A stretch of 64,000 bases of DNA from Marine Group II euryarchaeote MED-G35 (GCA_002457155.1 NTJS01000002.1:8630-72629), one strand, 5' to 3'; shown: positions 44,941 through 54,019, numbered from the stretch's first letter. Numbers and translations are program-made. The notes: generated from the letters alone by a model not told the origin.

Positions 44941-46644
44941 GTGCTGGAGATTCAGGGACTCAGGGTCCACTTCGACACACTCGACGGATCAGTGGAGGCT
45001 CTAAACTCAGTTGATTTGAAGGTCGATGAGGGGCAGATAATGGGACTAGTCGGCGAGTCCGGGTGTGGAAAGTCAGTCACCTCATTGGTCTCCATAGGAC
45101 TCGCAACTTGCGAGGTCGACGAAGGGAGCGTCAGATATCAGGGCGAGGAACTCCTGTTCAGGGATTCCCCTTCGAACAGTCGGATACAACAATTTACGGA
45201 GAAAATCACGGCATTCGGAGTCATGGCCACCATATTCTCATTCTTCGCTACTATCCTAGTAGAGCCCAATTTCTTCAGCACCCTGTTCCTGTTTTTCTTA
45301 GCCATAACGGTAACGTCATGGCTAGTGGGATTCTCGGCAAAGACCGAATCTCGAAAGCACCAGAGGTACATGAGATGGGTTAGGGGGAACGAGATCAGCA
45401 TGATATTCCAAGAGCCAATGTCAGCTCTCAACCCCCTATACAAGGTGTCCAAGCAGATTTCTGAAGTAATGAGGGAGCACGATAGGCTAGTAGAAGCGGA
45501 AACCCCCAGAATCGAGCGAATCGGGAGTGCCTTGCTGAGCCCAATCTCGATGGTCAGGAAATCCTTCTCTTCAAATCCGCGTCAGTCGTTAGTAGCATTA
45601 GCGGCACTCTCATTCGTCTTCGCAGCACAGCTATCTGGTTCCAAGGACCAGATTCTAGATGTATTCTCGGCCCCGATCATTCTGTTCGCAGATCTATCAA
45701 GCTGGCTCTTGGCCTTCGGGACCGCTATATCCGGTTTTGATTTAATCAGCCTGTTTGGCGATACTATTAACTTGACAATCGCCCTGATCATGGTGTTCGT
45801 GGATCACATCTTCATTGTCGGCGGAATGGGTGCAATCTATGGGTATGGTAAGATCGCAGACGACTCTCCATTCTCCGATCTCTCGTTGTACATCCCCCAT
45901 GTGATCGCTTCTTACCTGGCAGTCTTCCTGATGATTTGGATGCCGCTATCCGGACTATCTGCGATCCTAGTGATATGCGCACTCCTTGCTGTCCCATTCA
46001 TCATCTGGGCCGACTTCCTTAGGCTGGACCCTGCTCACATTAGGCAGGTCGAGGGCATCTTGGATGACGTCAGGATTCCCGACCCCAAGGCCGTAGCCAA
46101 TATGTATCCGCACGAACTTTCCGGAGGCATGAGGCAGAGGGTAATGATTGGGATGATGATGGCATGTGAGCCCAAGCTCCTGATCGCCGACGAACCCACC
46201 ACTGCTCTTGACGTTACAATCCAGGCTCAGATACTTAACCTAATGAAGGTCCTTCGAGATGAGAAGGGGACTGCAATCCTGTTGATCACTCATGACCTCG
46301 GAGTGATTGCAGAGATGTGCGATGACGTAACGGTGATGTACGCTGGAAGAGTAGTAGAGAAGGCCTCTGTCAGAGAGATTTTCTCCAATCCATTACACGC
46401 TTACACAAGAGGCCTAATCGCCTGCACACCAAGCCTCGAGTCGGAAAGAGGCTCTGTTCTTCCAGCAATACCGGGACAGGTTGCGAATCCCTCGGATTTC
46501 GCCTCCGGATGTCGTTTCTGCCAGAGGATGGAAAGGGAGGGCAATACCTTGGTTACTCGCCCCGAATTCTTGGAAGCAAGCGAGGGTCACTGGGTCGAGA
46601 GCTGCCCTATTTGCCTAGACGAGTCACAGGACAGGTGGGTGTGA
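44941..46644 (+). CDS. ABC transporter ATP-binding protein (OppD-like) carrying two hydrophobic insertions
   Basis: Walker A is GESGCGKS, the Q-loop is MIFQEPMSALNP, the signature is LSGGMRQR, Walker B is LLIADEPTTALD, and the H-loop is ITHDLG. A C-terminal oligopeptide-type extension is present. I chose the GTG start at 44941. Confidence 0.8.
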   Translation: MLEIQGLRVHFDTLDGSVEALNSVDLKVDEGQIMGLVGESGCGKSVTSLVSIGLATCEVDEGSVRYQGEELLFRDSPSNSRIQQFTEKITAFGVMATIFSFFATILVEPNFFSTLFLFFLAITVTSWLVGFSAKTESRKHQRYMRWVRGNEISMIFQEPMSALNPLYKVSKQISEVMREHDRLVEAETPRIERIGSALLSPISMVRKSFSSNPRQSLVALAALSFVFAAQLSGSKDQILDVFSAPIILFADLSSWLLAFGTAISGFDLISLFGDTINLTIALIMVFVDHIFIVGGMGAIYGYGKIADDSPFSDLSLYIPHVIASYLAVFLMIWMPLSGLSAILVICALLAVPFIIWADFLRLDPAHIRQVEGILDDVRIPDPKAVANMYPHELSGGMRQRVMIGMMMACEPKLLIADEPTTALDVTIQAQILNLMKVLRDEKGTAILLITHDLGVIAEMCDDVTVMYAGRVVEKASVREIFSNPLHAYTRGLIACTPSLESERGSVLPAIPGQVANPSDFASGCRFCQRMEREGNTLVTRPEFLEASEGHWVESCPICLDESQDRWV

Positions 46645-46647
46645 GAA

Positions 46648-47706
46648 ATGTCGGAGGGGCCATTAATCGAAATAAGGGGGATGAGGAAGTGGTTCCCGAT
46701 CAAGCAAGGCATGATGTCATCCGTCAGAAGCTACGTCCGGGCAGTAGACGGTGTTGATCTGGAAATTAATCGAGGAGAGACCCTCGGTGTTGTCGGCGAA
46801 TCGGGCTGCGGCAAGACCACATTGGGGAGGGTCCTGATGGGCCTAATACCAATCACAGAGGGATCCGTGATTTATTCCGGCTCAGACATTCGTGAAATCC
46901 CAAACAAGGAGATAAGGCGCAAGATGCAGATTGTTTTCCAGGATCCGGGAGGTTCAATGAACCCAAGGATATCAGTTCGTTCTATTGTCGGGGAGCCCCT
47001 GCAGGTCAATGGGATATGCGAAGGAGTGGAACTGACCCGTAAGGTCGAGGAACTCTTGGAATCAGTTGGCCTGAAGGCCGAACACATGACTCGCTACCCC
47101 CACGAGTTCTCCGGGGGGCAAAAGCAGAGGATTGCTCTAGCAAGGGCCCTCTCACTTGACCCAGAGTTCATCCTTCTGGACGAACCCACCAGCGCACTGG
47201 ACGTCTCGGTCCAGGCTCAGGTGCTCAACCTGCTAGAGAAGATCCAGAAAGAGAGGGGGCTCACATTCGTTTTCATCTCCCACGACCTAGCCGTCGTTAG
47301 GCACATCTCCGATCGAATCGCTGTGATGTACTTGGGCAAGGTCGTCGAATTGGCCGATTCGGATGAGATCTACCGCAATCCCCTCCATGCATACACGAAG
47401 GCCCTTATTTCCGCCATTCCCAGCCCCGACCCCGATGCAAGGAGCGACCAACCCCCTGTCGAGGGGGACGTGCCCTCGCCGGTCGACCCCCCTCCGGGTT
47501 GTGCCTTCGGCCACCGCCTCCATCATCCCGACTGGGAGAAGAGCACCAAAATGGACCTGTCTCTGAGGGAGGTTTCCCCAGGGCATTGGGTGCAGCCTTG
47601 CCCCTGCTGCACGGATGAAAACGACGAGTCTCGGGACGCACCCCACGAGCAGGTTGCCGACGGCAATGCTTCCGAAGACGTCCCCGATTGGGCAAGAGGG
47701 GAATGA
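46648..47706 (+). CDS. ABC transporter ATP-binding protein (OppF-like)
   Basis: [37 protein letters not shown] and ISHDLA are present. At 352 aa it is of normal length. Confidence 0.9.
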   Translation: MSEGPLIEIRGMRKWFPIKQGMMSSVRSYVRAVDGVDLEINRGETLGVVGESGCGKTTLGRVLMGLIPITEGSVIYSGSDIREIPNKEIRRKMQIVFQDPGGSMNPRISVRSIVGEPLQVNGICEGVELTRKVEELLESVGLKAEHMTRYPHEFSGGQKQRIALARALSLDPEFILLDEPTSALDVSVQAQVLNLLEKIQKERGLTFVFISHDLAVVRHISDRIAVMYLGKVVELADSDEIYRNPLHAYTKALISAIPSPDPDARSDQPPVEGDVPSPVDPPPGCAFGHRLHHPDWEKSTKMDLSLREVSPGHWVQPCPCCTDENDESRDAPHEQVADGNASEDVPDWARGE

Positions 47707-48081
47707 ATGCCGAGGAGCACTGGCAATCCTGACGATGAATCCGAGACTCCCCCATTCTACGACAGGAGGAAGGAGGCAGAGTCTTCCTTCTGGCGACTGA
47801 AGAAGGCGTCGGACGCCTCTCGGGAGAATCGTGTGAAGACGGTCTTGGCCCAAGAGGAGGAGAGCCTACTAGCAACTCTTGGGAGAGTTGCCTACATCTC
47901 AGTATGCATATTGTTCGATGGCCTCATTCTCACAGAGATTCCCGTAAGGATGGGCAAGACAGTTTTTTCTTGGATATTGTTCCTGATCATACTATTGGCG
48001 GCTATCAGAATCCAGAGGCAGCTATACGACAAATGGCTCGCGATAGACATTAGCCAGATTGACTTTGATCGGACCCGATAG
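47707..48081 (+). CDS. small membrane protein co-oriented with the ABC operon, function unknown
   Basis: It starts on the nucleotide after the OppF-like stop. A charged N-terminal half is followed by 2 TM helices. Confidence 0.45.
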   Translation: MPRSTGNPDDESETPPFYDRRKEAESSFWRLKKASDASRENRVKTVLAQEEESLLATLGRVAYISVCILFDGLILTEIPVRMGKTVFSWILFLIILLAAIRIQRQLYDKWLAIDISQIDFDRTR

Positions 48082-49327
48082 GGAAGAGATCCGAATCAAC
48101 CCTCTCGAAACTTCTGAAAGAGGGGACTATCAATCCAGCCATTGTTGTGAGAACCATGAAAGAGACTGCAACGGCGAATGTGGTGAGGACATTAGTTTCC
48201 TCGATCATCCAACCGCCCATTAGGGGCGCAAACGGGATGAAAATTAGGGAACCTATCGCGTCAAGCGAGTTCACTCGCCCCCTCAGGTGCTGGTCGACGC
48301 TATCGGACATCGTGGTCCGCCAAATCACCCCCAAGGTCCCACCGAGAACCCCTTCTAGGAATACGAAAACGAGGATCAGCAGGAAGGGAATGGGCATCGC
48401 CCACATCAGCATGCACCAGGCTATCCCTCCAATGAGGACATAGAAAACAAGCCCCCGTAACTCTTTCGAGACCGGCCAAATGCCTCCAACGACGGAGCCG
48501 ATCATCGCCCCACCAGCCCCAATCGCCCCGAAGATCCCGAATGCCTTAGCGCCCAGGTCATTGTTCTGGATGATGAACGGTATGCCAATTTCGATCGCAG
48601 AGTCCCCAATGTGCCAAACCATGAACATCACGATTCCGGCAAATAGCCACGGTTGGGTCTTCACGAAGGACCATGCCTCGGTGACTTCTTCTCGGAGATT
48701 GCCACTCTCTTCCCTGTCAACAGGTATCTCAGCGATCGTCCAAAGTACTAATCCGCTGAATGCGAAAGTCAAAACATCCAGGATAAGACACACCTCAATA
48801 CCCCAGTATGCAACCGAGAAACCACCAATCAGTGGCCCAAGCATCCACGCACCAGTCATAGCCACACCTCGGATTGCATTGGCTTGCGGCAGTAGTTCAT
48901 CTTCAACCAGATCCGGGATCAGAGCCCCTATCGCCGGAATTGAGAATGCCGTCGCAGCCCCGGTGAAGAAAATAACAACCAGTAGAGTTTTGATTTCTTC
49001 AAATCCTACTGCCAGCACGATTACCGCCAAGGTTACCATAAGGGCCTGAGCAATATCCGCCACAAGAGCCACCGTTCTTCTCGGCATCCGATCAACGACC
49101 ATCCCACCATACAGGAGCAGGGGGAGGTGGCCGAGAAAATATGCAGTGAATATCATCCCGTATGCCTTTGGCCCACCGATTTGGGACACTGTCCAACCTA
49201 TCCCAATAATGAAAATCGAGGTTCCAAGCTGGTTGACGCCATTGCCGATGACCAGTTTCCTGAAATCAGGGATTGCCCATGCATCCGCCATCCCCATGAA
49301 AGCACTCTCGCGACTCATCCTATTCAA
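48050..49327 (-). CDS. MFS transporter (EntS/MFS_3-like)
   Basis: There are 12 TM segments, and the N-terminus FRKLVIGNGVNQLGTSIF is typical of the MFS_3 group. Confidence 0.75.
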   Translation of the reverse strand: MNRMSRESAFMGMADAWAIPDFRKLVIGNGVNQLGTSIFIIGIGWTVSQIGGPKAYGMIFTAYFLGHLPLLLYGGMVVDRMPRRTVALVADIAQALMVTLAVIVLAVGFEEIKTLLVVIFFTGAATAFSIPAIGALIPDLVEDELLPQANAIRGVAMTGAWMLGPLIGGFSVAYWGIEVCLILDVLTFAFSGLVLWTIAEIPVDREESGNLREEVTEAWSFVKTQPWLFAGIVMFMVWHIGDSAIEIGIPFIIQNNDLGAKAFGIFGAIGAGGAMIGSVVGGIWPVSKELRGLVFYVLIGGIAWCMLMWAMPIPFLLILVFVFLEGVLGGTLGVIWRTTMSDSVDQHLRGRVNSLDAIGSLIFIPFAPLMGGWMIEETNVLTTFAVAVSFMVLTTMAGLIVPSFRSFERVDSDLFPIGSDQSQSG

Positions 49328-49411
49328 TGCCAGTTGTCCATGCCAAGGTGGAACGGCCGTTAATGCGATTGTTCAATTGAACCAATAAGAAACATCTTTT
49401 ACAGTGAATAC

Positions 49412-49465
49412 TATACAAATATTGATTATTAATTCAAATAATAAGTCAAATGTATACAAATATTG
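49412..49465. promoter_or_regulatory. two identical 13-nt direct repeats TATACAAATATTG (49412-49424 and 49453-49465) in the AT-rich region upstream of the GS gene
   Basis: I read them directly. They are followed by an inverted repeat TCAATA-N15-TATTGA. A TATA-like CTATATAC lies about 25 nt upstream of the ATG at 49551. Confidence 0.5.
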
Positions 49466-49550
49466 CTTCTTGTCAATATAATATTCATTTTCTATTGAAA
49501 ATAATGCTCAATCGTTCAAACTATATACTGCCTTCTCCCGGCGGAGGGAT

Positions 49551-50609
49551 ATGGCAACTAAGTCGAAATTAGAATACATCTGGTTAGATGGATTCGAACC
49601 AACACAGAGCATGAGAAGTAAGACAATGATTGAAACCGATTTCTCCGGAAACCTGGAAGATTGCAAGATGTGGTCGTTCGATGGTAGTTCAACAAAGCAA
49701 GCTGAGGGGGGGGCATCAGACTGCCTCCTGAAGCCAGTCGCAATTTACCCAGATCCCGACAGATTGAACGGATATCTGGTAATGTGTGAGGTGTACAATG
49801 CCGATAGCACACCCCACCCAACAAACGGGCGTGCGACGATTAAGGAGGACGACGACGACTTCTGGTTCGGCTACGAACAGGAATACTTTCTTTGGGATCC
49901 TGAAACTAATCTCCCATTGGGTTTTCCCAATGATGCTACTGGGCAGGGACAGTTCTACTGCTCCGTGGGGGCAGAGAATGCGTATGGGAGAGAGGTAGTC
50001 GAAACACATCTAGACATGTGCTTGGAGGCTGGAATAAATGTCGAGGGAATAAATGCAGAAGTAGCCGTAGGCCAATGGGAGTTCCAAATATTTGCTAAGG
50101 GTGCAAAAAACGCCGGGGACGAGGTCTGGGTCGCTAGGTACCTTGCAGAGAGGAACGCAGAGAAGTACGGCCTCACAATTGAATGGCACCCAAAGCCATT
50201 GGGGGCAACCGATTGGAATGGTTCGGGAATGCACGTCAACTTCTCAGACACGACCCTAAGGACTTGTGGCGATGAGAAGGTCTTCTCCCAGGTTTGTGAG
50301 GGGTTCGGCAGGAATATCAAGAAGCACATGGACGTTTACGGGGCTTACAACGATCAGAGACTCACCGGACTGCATGAGACCCAATCTATCCATGAATTCT
50401 CCTATGGCGTTTCCGATAGGGGCGCATCTATTAGAATTCCAATTGGAACAGTGGAAGACGGGTGGTGCGGACGTCTCGAAGACAGAAGGCCATCATCTAA
50501 TGGCGATCCATACAAAATTGGGGCTGTAGTAATTAGCACAACCAAGTCTGCTTACGAAGGATCAGATATAGGCGCCGATGCTGAATCAGTGAGTTTAGCT
50601 AGTGCCTGA
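49551..50609 (+). CDS. glnII: glutamine synthetase, type II (eukaryote/actinobacterial-like GSII)
   Basis: The product is 352 aa. The N-terminus is KLEYIWLDG...MRSKT, and FGYEQEYF, GQWEFQ and WNGSGMHVNFS are present. Confidence 0.85.
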   Translation: MATKSKLEYIWLDGFEPTQSMRSKTMIETDFSGNLEDCKMWSFDGSSTKQAEGGASDCLLKPVAIYPDPDRLNGYLVMCEVYNADSTPHPTNGRATIKEDDDDFWFGYEQEYFLWDPETNLPLGFPNDATGQGQFYCSVGAENAYGREVVETHLDMCLEAGINVEGINAEVAVGQWEFQIFAKGAKNAGDEVWVARYLAERNAEKYGLTIEWHPKPLGATDWNGSGMHVNFSDTTLRTCGDEKVFSQVCEGFGRNIKKHMDVYGAYNDQRLTGLHETQSIHEFSYGVSDRGASIRIPIGTVEDGWCGRLEDRRPSSNGDPYKIGAVVISTTKSAYEGSDIGADAESVSLASA

Positions 50610-50626
50610 GAATCATGAATCCCATC

Positions 50627-51127
50627 TCAAGACTGGTCTAGTCGTCGCCACACCAGTGCGAATGCCGGAGAAAAAGAATCTCTTTCCTCCAATAGCATTT
50701 GGTCCACGCTTTCACCAGAGAACCATCTTACCTCGGAGATTTCTTCCTTGTTAATGAAAAATGGCCCATCCGACCAGTGCCTGTAGACCCAAGTGAATTC
50801 ATTGGCTGTTTCTTCACATGCATCGATCTTGAAAACCCGCTCGGGGGCCTCCTCCAAATCTATTCCAATCTCCTCGTAGGCTTCTCTGACTACGCATGCG
50901 TCATACTCCTCCCCTCTGTCAACATGCCCCGAAACAGAGGAATCCCACCTCCCTGGGAAAGTATCTTTCTCGTTGGTTCTCTTCTGCAATAGGACTCTGC
51001 CACGGCTATCGAAAACTAGCAGGTGAGTGGACCTGTGAAGAAGTCCAGATCTATGCACTTCCCTACGGCTGGCACTTCCCACAATAGAATCAGTCTCATC
51101 CACGATGTCGAAGATTTCTTCCACCAT
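50627..51127 (-). CDS. NUDIX hydrolase
   Basis: The Nudix box is GHVDRGEEYDACVVREAYEEIGI. Its start overlaps the stop of the upstream oxidase by 1 nt (TGATG). Confidence 0.85.
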   Translation of the reverse strand: MVEEIFDIVDETDSIVGSASRREVHRSGLLHRSTHLLVFDSRGRVLLQKRTNEKDTFPGRWDSSVSGHVDRGEEYDACVVREAYEEIGIDLEEAPERVFKIDACEETANEFTWVYRHWSDGPFFINKEEISEVRWFSGESVDQMLLEERDSFSPAFALVWRRLDQS

Positions 51128-52068
51128 CAGGATTCCTTTCTGGCCCCAGCAATTGAAACTACTTCATCCGCGCATCCCCATGACAAAGTCACGCCTGCAC
51201 CCCCGTGGCCATAGTTGTGAATCACCCTAGTATCGCCAATTTCTTCCTTTTCCAGTCTGACTTCGGACCTAGAGGGCCTCAGCCCTACAGTCCCGCCGAC
51301 AATCTTGCTTCTATCCAAGTCGGGCCAGATGGCTTCCACCTTGCTCAGAATCAGATCATTGTCCTCATCCCTGATTTCTAGCCCCCAATCACCAACCTGG
51401 GCCGTCCCTCCAAGAACTGTGACGTTAGTCCTAGGGATGGTGTATGTCAGGGTCTCCGGCTGTTGATCAAAATGGCCAACTCCGGGATCCTGCTCGATGA
51501 AGATTATTTGACCTCTCGCTGGCTTGACTTCTTCGTCATTACAGAGCTCTATTGCCCCTAGGCCAACGCAATTCACAACGACATCACCTTCCAGGTCTTG
51601 CAGTCTTTCCACAAATCCTTTCTCGAATGTCCCACCAAGTTCTTCGAACCTATTCTTGAGCCATGGCATATACAACTGCATGTCGATTACCGGAACCCTG
51701 AATTCCCAACCGAACACATAACCATCGGGAATCTCACTATCTTCCAGAATTCTGAATGCTGCTATTTCATCGTTCCAGGGGGGCGAGTCAACAACGTCCC
51801 TCAGGTATTCCCGTCCGTCAATCATTCTCACTCCTGCTTCTGGGGCACTATCACAAAGGCCCTCGAGAACATCGTAAGTCACGATTCCCCAGGTGTCCGC
51901 CCTCTCTGCAGGCTTCACTAGAAATGGGTACCAAATTGCTGCAGCGACATCAGACACTGTCTCTGGGCTGAACTTGTCCGAAACGATGTGTGCGTCATGG
52001 CCACTCTCCAGTAGTCTAATTCCAGAAGACAGTCCAGATACCCCTGCCCCTACTATTGTACAACGCAT
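51127..52068 (-). CDS. FAD-dependent D-amino-acid oxidase (DAO family)
   Basis: The dinucleotide motif is IVGAGVSGLSSG, and the C-terminal DAAO signature is HNYGHGGAGVTLSWGCA. I chose the ATG at 52068. Confidence 0.75.
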   Translation of the reverse strand: MRCTIVGAGVSGLSSGIRLLESGHDAHIVSDKFSPETVSDVAAAIWYPFLVKPAERADTWGIVTYDVLEGLCDSAPEAGVRMIDGREYLRDVVDSPPWNDEIAAFRILEDSEIPDGYVFGWEFRVPVIDMQLYMPWLKNRFEELGGTFEKGFVERLQDLEGDVVVNCVGLGAIELCNDEEVKPARGQIIFIEQDPGVGHFDQQPETLTYTIPRTNVTVLGGTAQVGDWGLEIRDEDNDLILSKVEAIWPDLDRSKIVGGTVGLRPSRSEVRLEKEEIGDTRVIHNYGHGGAGVTLSWGCADEVVSIAGARKES

Positions 52069-52161
52069 GACCCGATACACGTCTGGCTTATGATTAAACT
52101 CTAGCAACCGACTACAATTATCGTCAGTCAATTTCTTGAGTTAGGCCCCCCTTCCGAGGGC

Positions 52162-52347
52162 ATGCCAAAGGTCAGACGACCGAAGAAGGGGTGGGCCGTC
52201 CCGAAGACTCGTAGGCCAAGGCCAAGGAGGCCCAGCGGCCCAAAGAAAAGGAGGCTTCCTAGGTGTCCGTCCTGCGGCCAATGGAGCATGAAGAGAGACG
52301 AATCCAGAAGTGAGACGTTCTGTACATCATGTGGGGTAATAGGTTGA
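52162..52347 (+). CDS. small basic protein with TFIIB-type zinc ribbon
   Basis: The product is 61 aa. An Arg/Lys/Pro-rich N-terminus is followed by CPSCG-x16-CTSCG, which resembles the TFB N-terminal ribbon. Confidence 0.4.
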   Translation: MPKVRRPKKGWAVPKTRRPRPRRPSGPKKRRLPRCPSCGQWSMKRDESRSETFCTSCGVIG

Positions 52348-52444
52348 TGGCAAACCCCAATATCGAAACCCCCTACCATGTAACGCCACAGTGATGAGGA
52401 ACCGCACCGGGTGCTTCGGGCACCACGAGTGATGGGCGATCTGA

Positions 52445-54019
52445 GTGGCACCGGGTGAGGCAATGGAAGACCAGAGGGTGTACATCGACGAGATCGGGCG
52501 AATGTACCGAATCAAGGAAACAGTCCCCCTCAGTGAACCTCCAAATAACCTCCGAATTGCAAGGACTAGCAAACCGTGGGCGACTTACCGCAGAATGCTT
52601 GGTACGGTAATTCCAGCCTTCTTCCTGATGTACGTATTCCTTTTTCTTGTAATTGGTTTAATCCGTCTTGAACCCGGAATTGTCCTCCTTTCCGGCCTCT
52701 GCAGCGCCCCCCTTGTCTTCTTCATCCTGAGCCTGCATAAACCACGACTTGTCCACGTACAACTAGCCGTTCCCGATGAAATGGGATCCGAAGCCCATGC
52801 CATATCTCCCGGGGTTTCTCTGAGGACTCCCATGAGGACCAAGTTCTCACGATTCCTAGTCAAGGACGACTCAATATTGGACGTCCCCCCGAATAGGCAG
52901 CTGTGGGGGATTTTCTCAGCCGTAATACTAGTGGGCGCCTCACTAAGCGCAATGCTATATTCCGAAGTTGAGTCCTTGGAAGTAATTGCCGTGTTGGCTT
53001 TCATCCTTATAGGGGTGCCAATTTGGTTCATAGGATTCTCACTACCAGTTCTGGCATGGTGGGGGACTTCGAACAAGTTGCTAGGGCTCCCAACTAGGCG
53101 GAGGGATGCAGAGGCATGGCTAATGGCAGGGATGGCTTCCGCATTTCCGGCCTTCATCTTCAACTCACTAATCGCGCCCGAGATTATCCCGTTCGATTCC
53201 GATTACTGGACCGAGTTCTCACTTCTGGCAGTAGGGGCGCCATTCTGCGAGGAGATTTTCAAGGCGATGGCAGTTGCCCTTTTCCTGCCTTACATCAAAG
53301 GTCCTAAGCACGGATTCCAAGTTGGATTCACAGTAGGGTTGGGATTTGCATTGATCGAGAACTTTCAGTACATTGGTTTCTCCCTGCTCGGAGGTCCCGT
53401 CGGATTGAGCTTCACAATCTTGGTCAGAGGAATAGGCTCAATTCCAGGACATGCAGTATGGACAGCAATTTCTGGAACTGCCATTGGTTGGATGGCCACT
53501 GACAAGGAACTCAAGGCAAAACTATCGTGGAAGGCCCGTTCGATGGCGATTTCTGCAATTGACATTGCAGAGGGAATCGGCATTGACACTGACGGTGATG
53601 GCGATCTCTCAGGTTTCGACGGGTCACGGCTTACTTTGGAGGAGGCGGTGAACCAAGCATCCACAGAAATCGACGAAACCAAGCCATGGATGATCCTTGG
53701 CCAGGAAACAGATGAGGCCAATGTACCAGACTCGAAACTAGGTGTGGAAGACTTCTCTCTAACTTATGAGAAGAATACCATTACCCAAAATAATCTGGGT
53801 ATTCATACCCCTAGGGGAGTCGCCCCGGCATTGGCACTCTCGATTGCAGGGCATTCATTCTGGAACGGGAGTTCTTTCCTGTCCTTCTCTGCAGCCGAGT
53901 CACTTGGGATTGGGGAGTTGGGGTCCACATTGGCAGTTTTATCGTGGATAATAATCCTGATTTGCTCTGTCCTGTTCGTCGCCAGGGGCGTAATTAGGGG
54001 GGTAAACTCTCTCGAGTAG
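52445..54019 (+). CDS. PrsW-family intramembrane protease
   Basis: It is polytopic, and PrsW motifs are present (FCEEIFK, ALIENFQY, GHAVW, GHSFWN). The start may be the ATG at 52463. Confidence 0.75.
   Translation: MAPGEAMEDQRVYIDEIGRMYRIKETVPLSEPPNNLRIARTSKPWATYRRMLGTVIPAFFLMYVFLFLVIGLIRLEPGIVLLSGLCSAPLVFFILSLHKPRLVHVQLAVPDEMGSEAHAISPGVSLRTPMRTKFSRFLVKDDSILDVPPNRQLWGIFSAVILVGASLSAMLYSEVESLEVIAVLAFILIGVPIWFIGFSLPVLAWWGTSNKLLGLPTRRRDAEAWLMAGMASAFPAFIFNSLIAPEIIPFDSDYWTEFSLLAVGAPFCEEIFKAMAVALFLPYIKGPKHGFQVGFTVGLGFALIENFQYIGFSLLGGPVGLSFTILVRGIGSIPGHAVWTAISGTAIGWMATDKELKAKLSWKARSMAISAIDIAEGIGIDTDGDGDLSGFDGSRLTLEEAVNQASTEIDETKPWMILGQETDEANVPDSKLGVEDFSLTYEKNTITQNNLGIHTPRGVAPALALSIAGHSFWNGSSFLSFSAAESLGIGELGSTLAVLSWIIILICSVLFVARGVIRGVNSLE

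Noticed and set aside
52128-52463. 111-aa minus-strand ORF overlapping the zinc-ribbon microprotein
   Set aside because: It has a Pro/Gly/Leu-rich composition with no features. The plus-strand ORF has a clear CPxCG...CxxCG ribbon, so the minus ORF was treated as its shadow.
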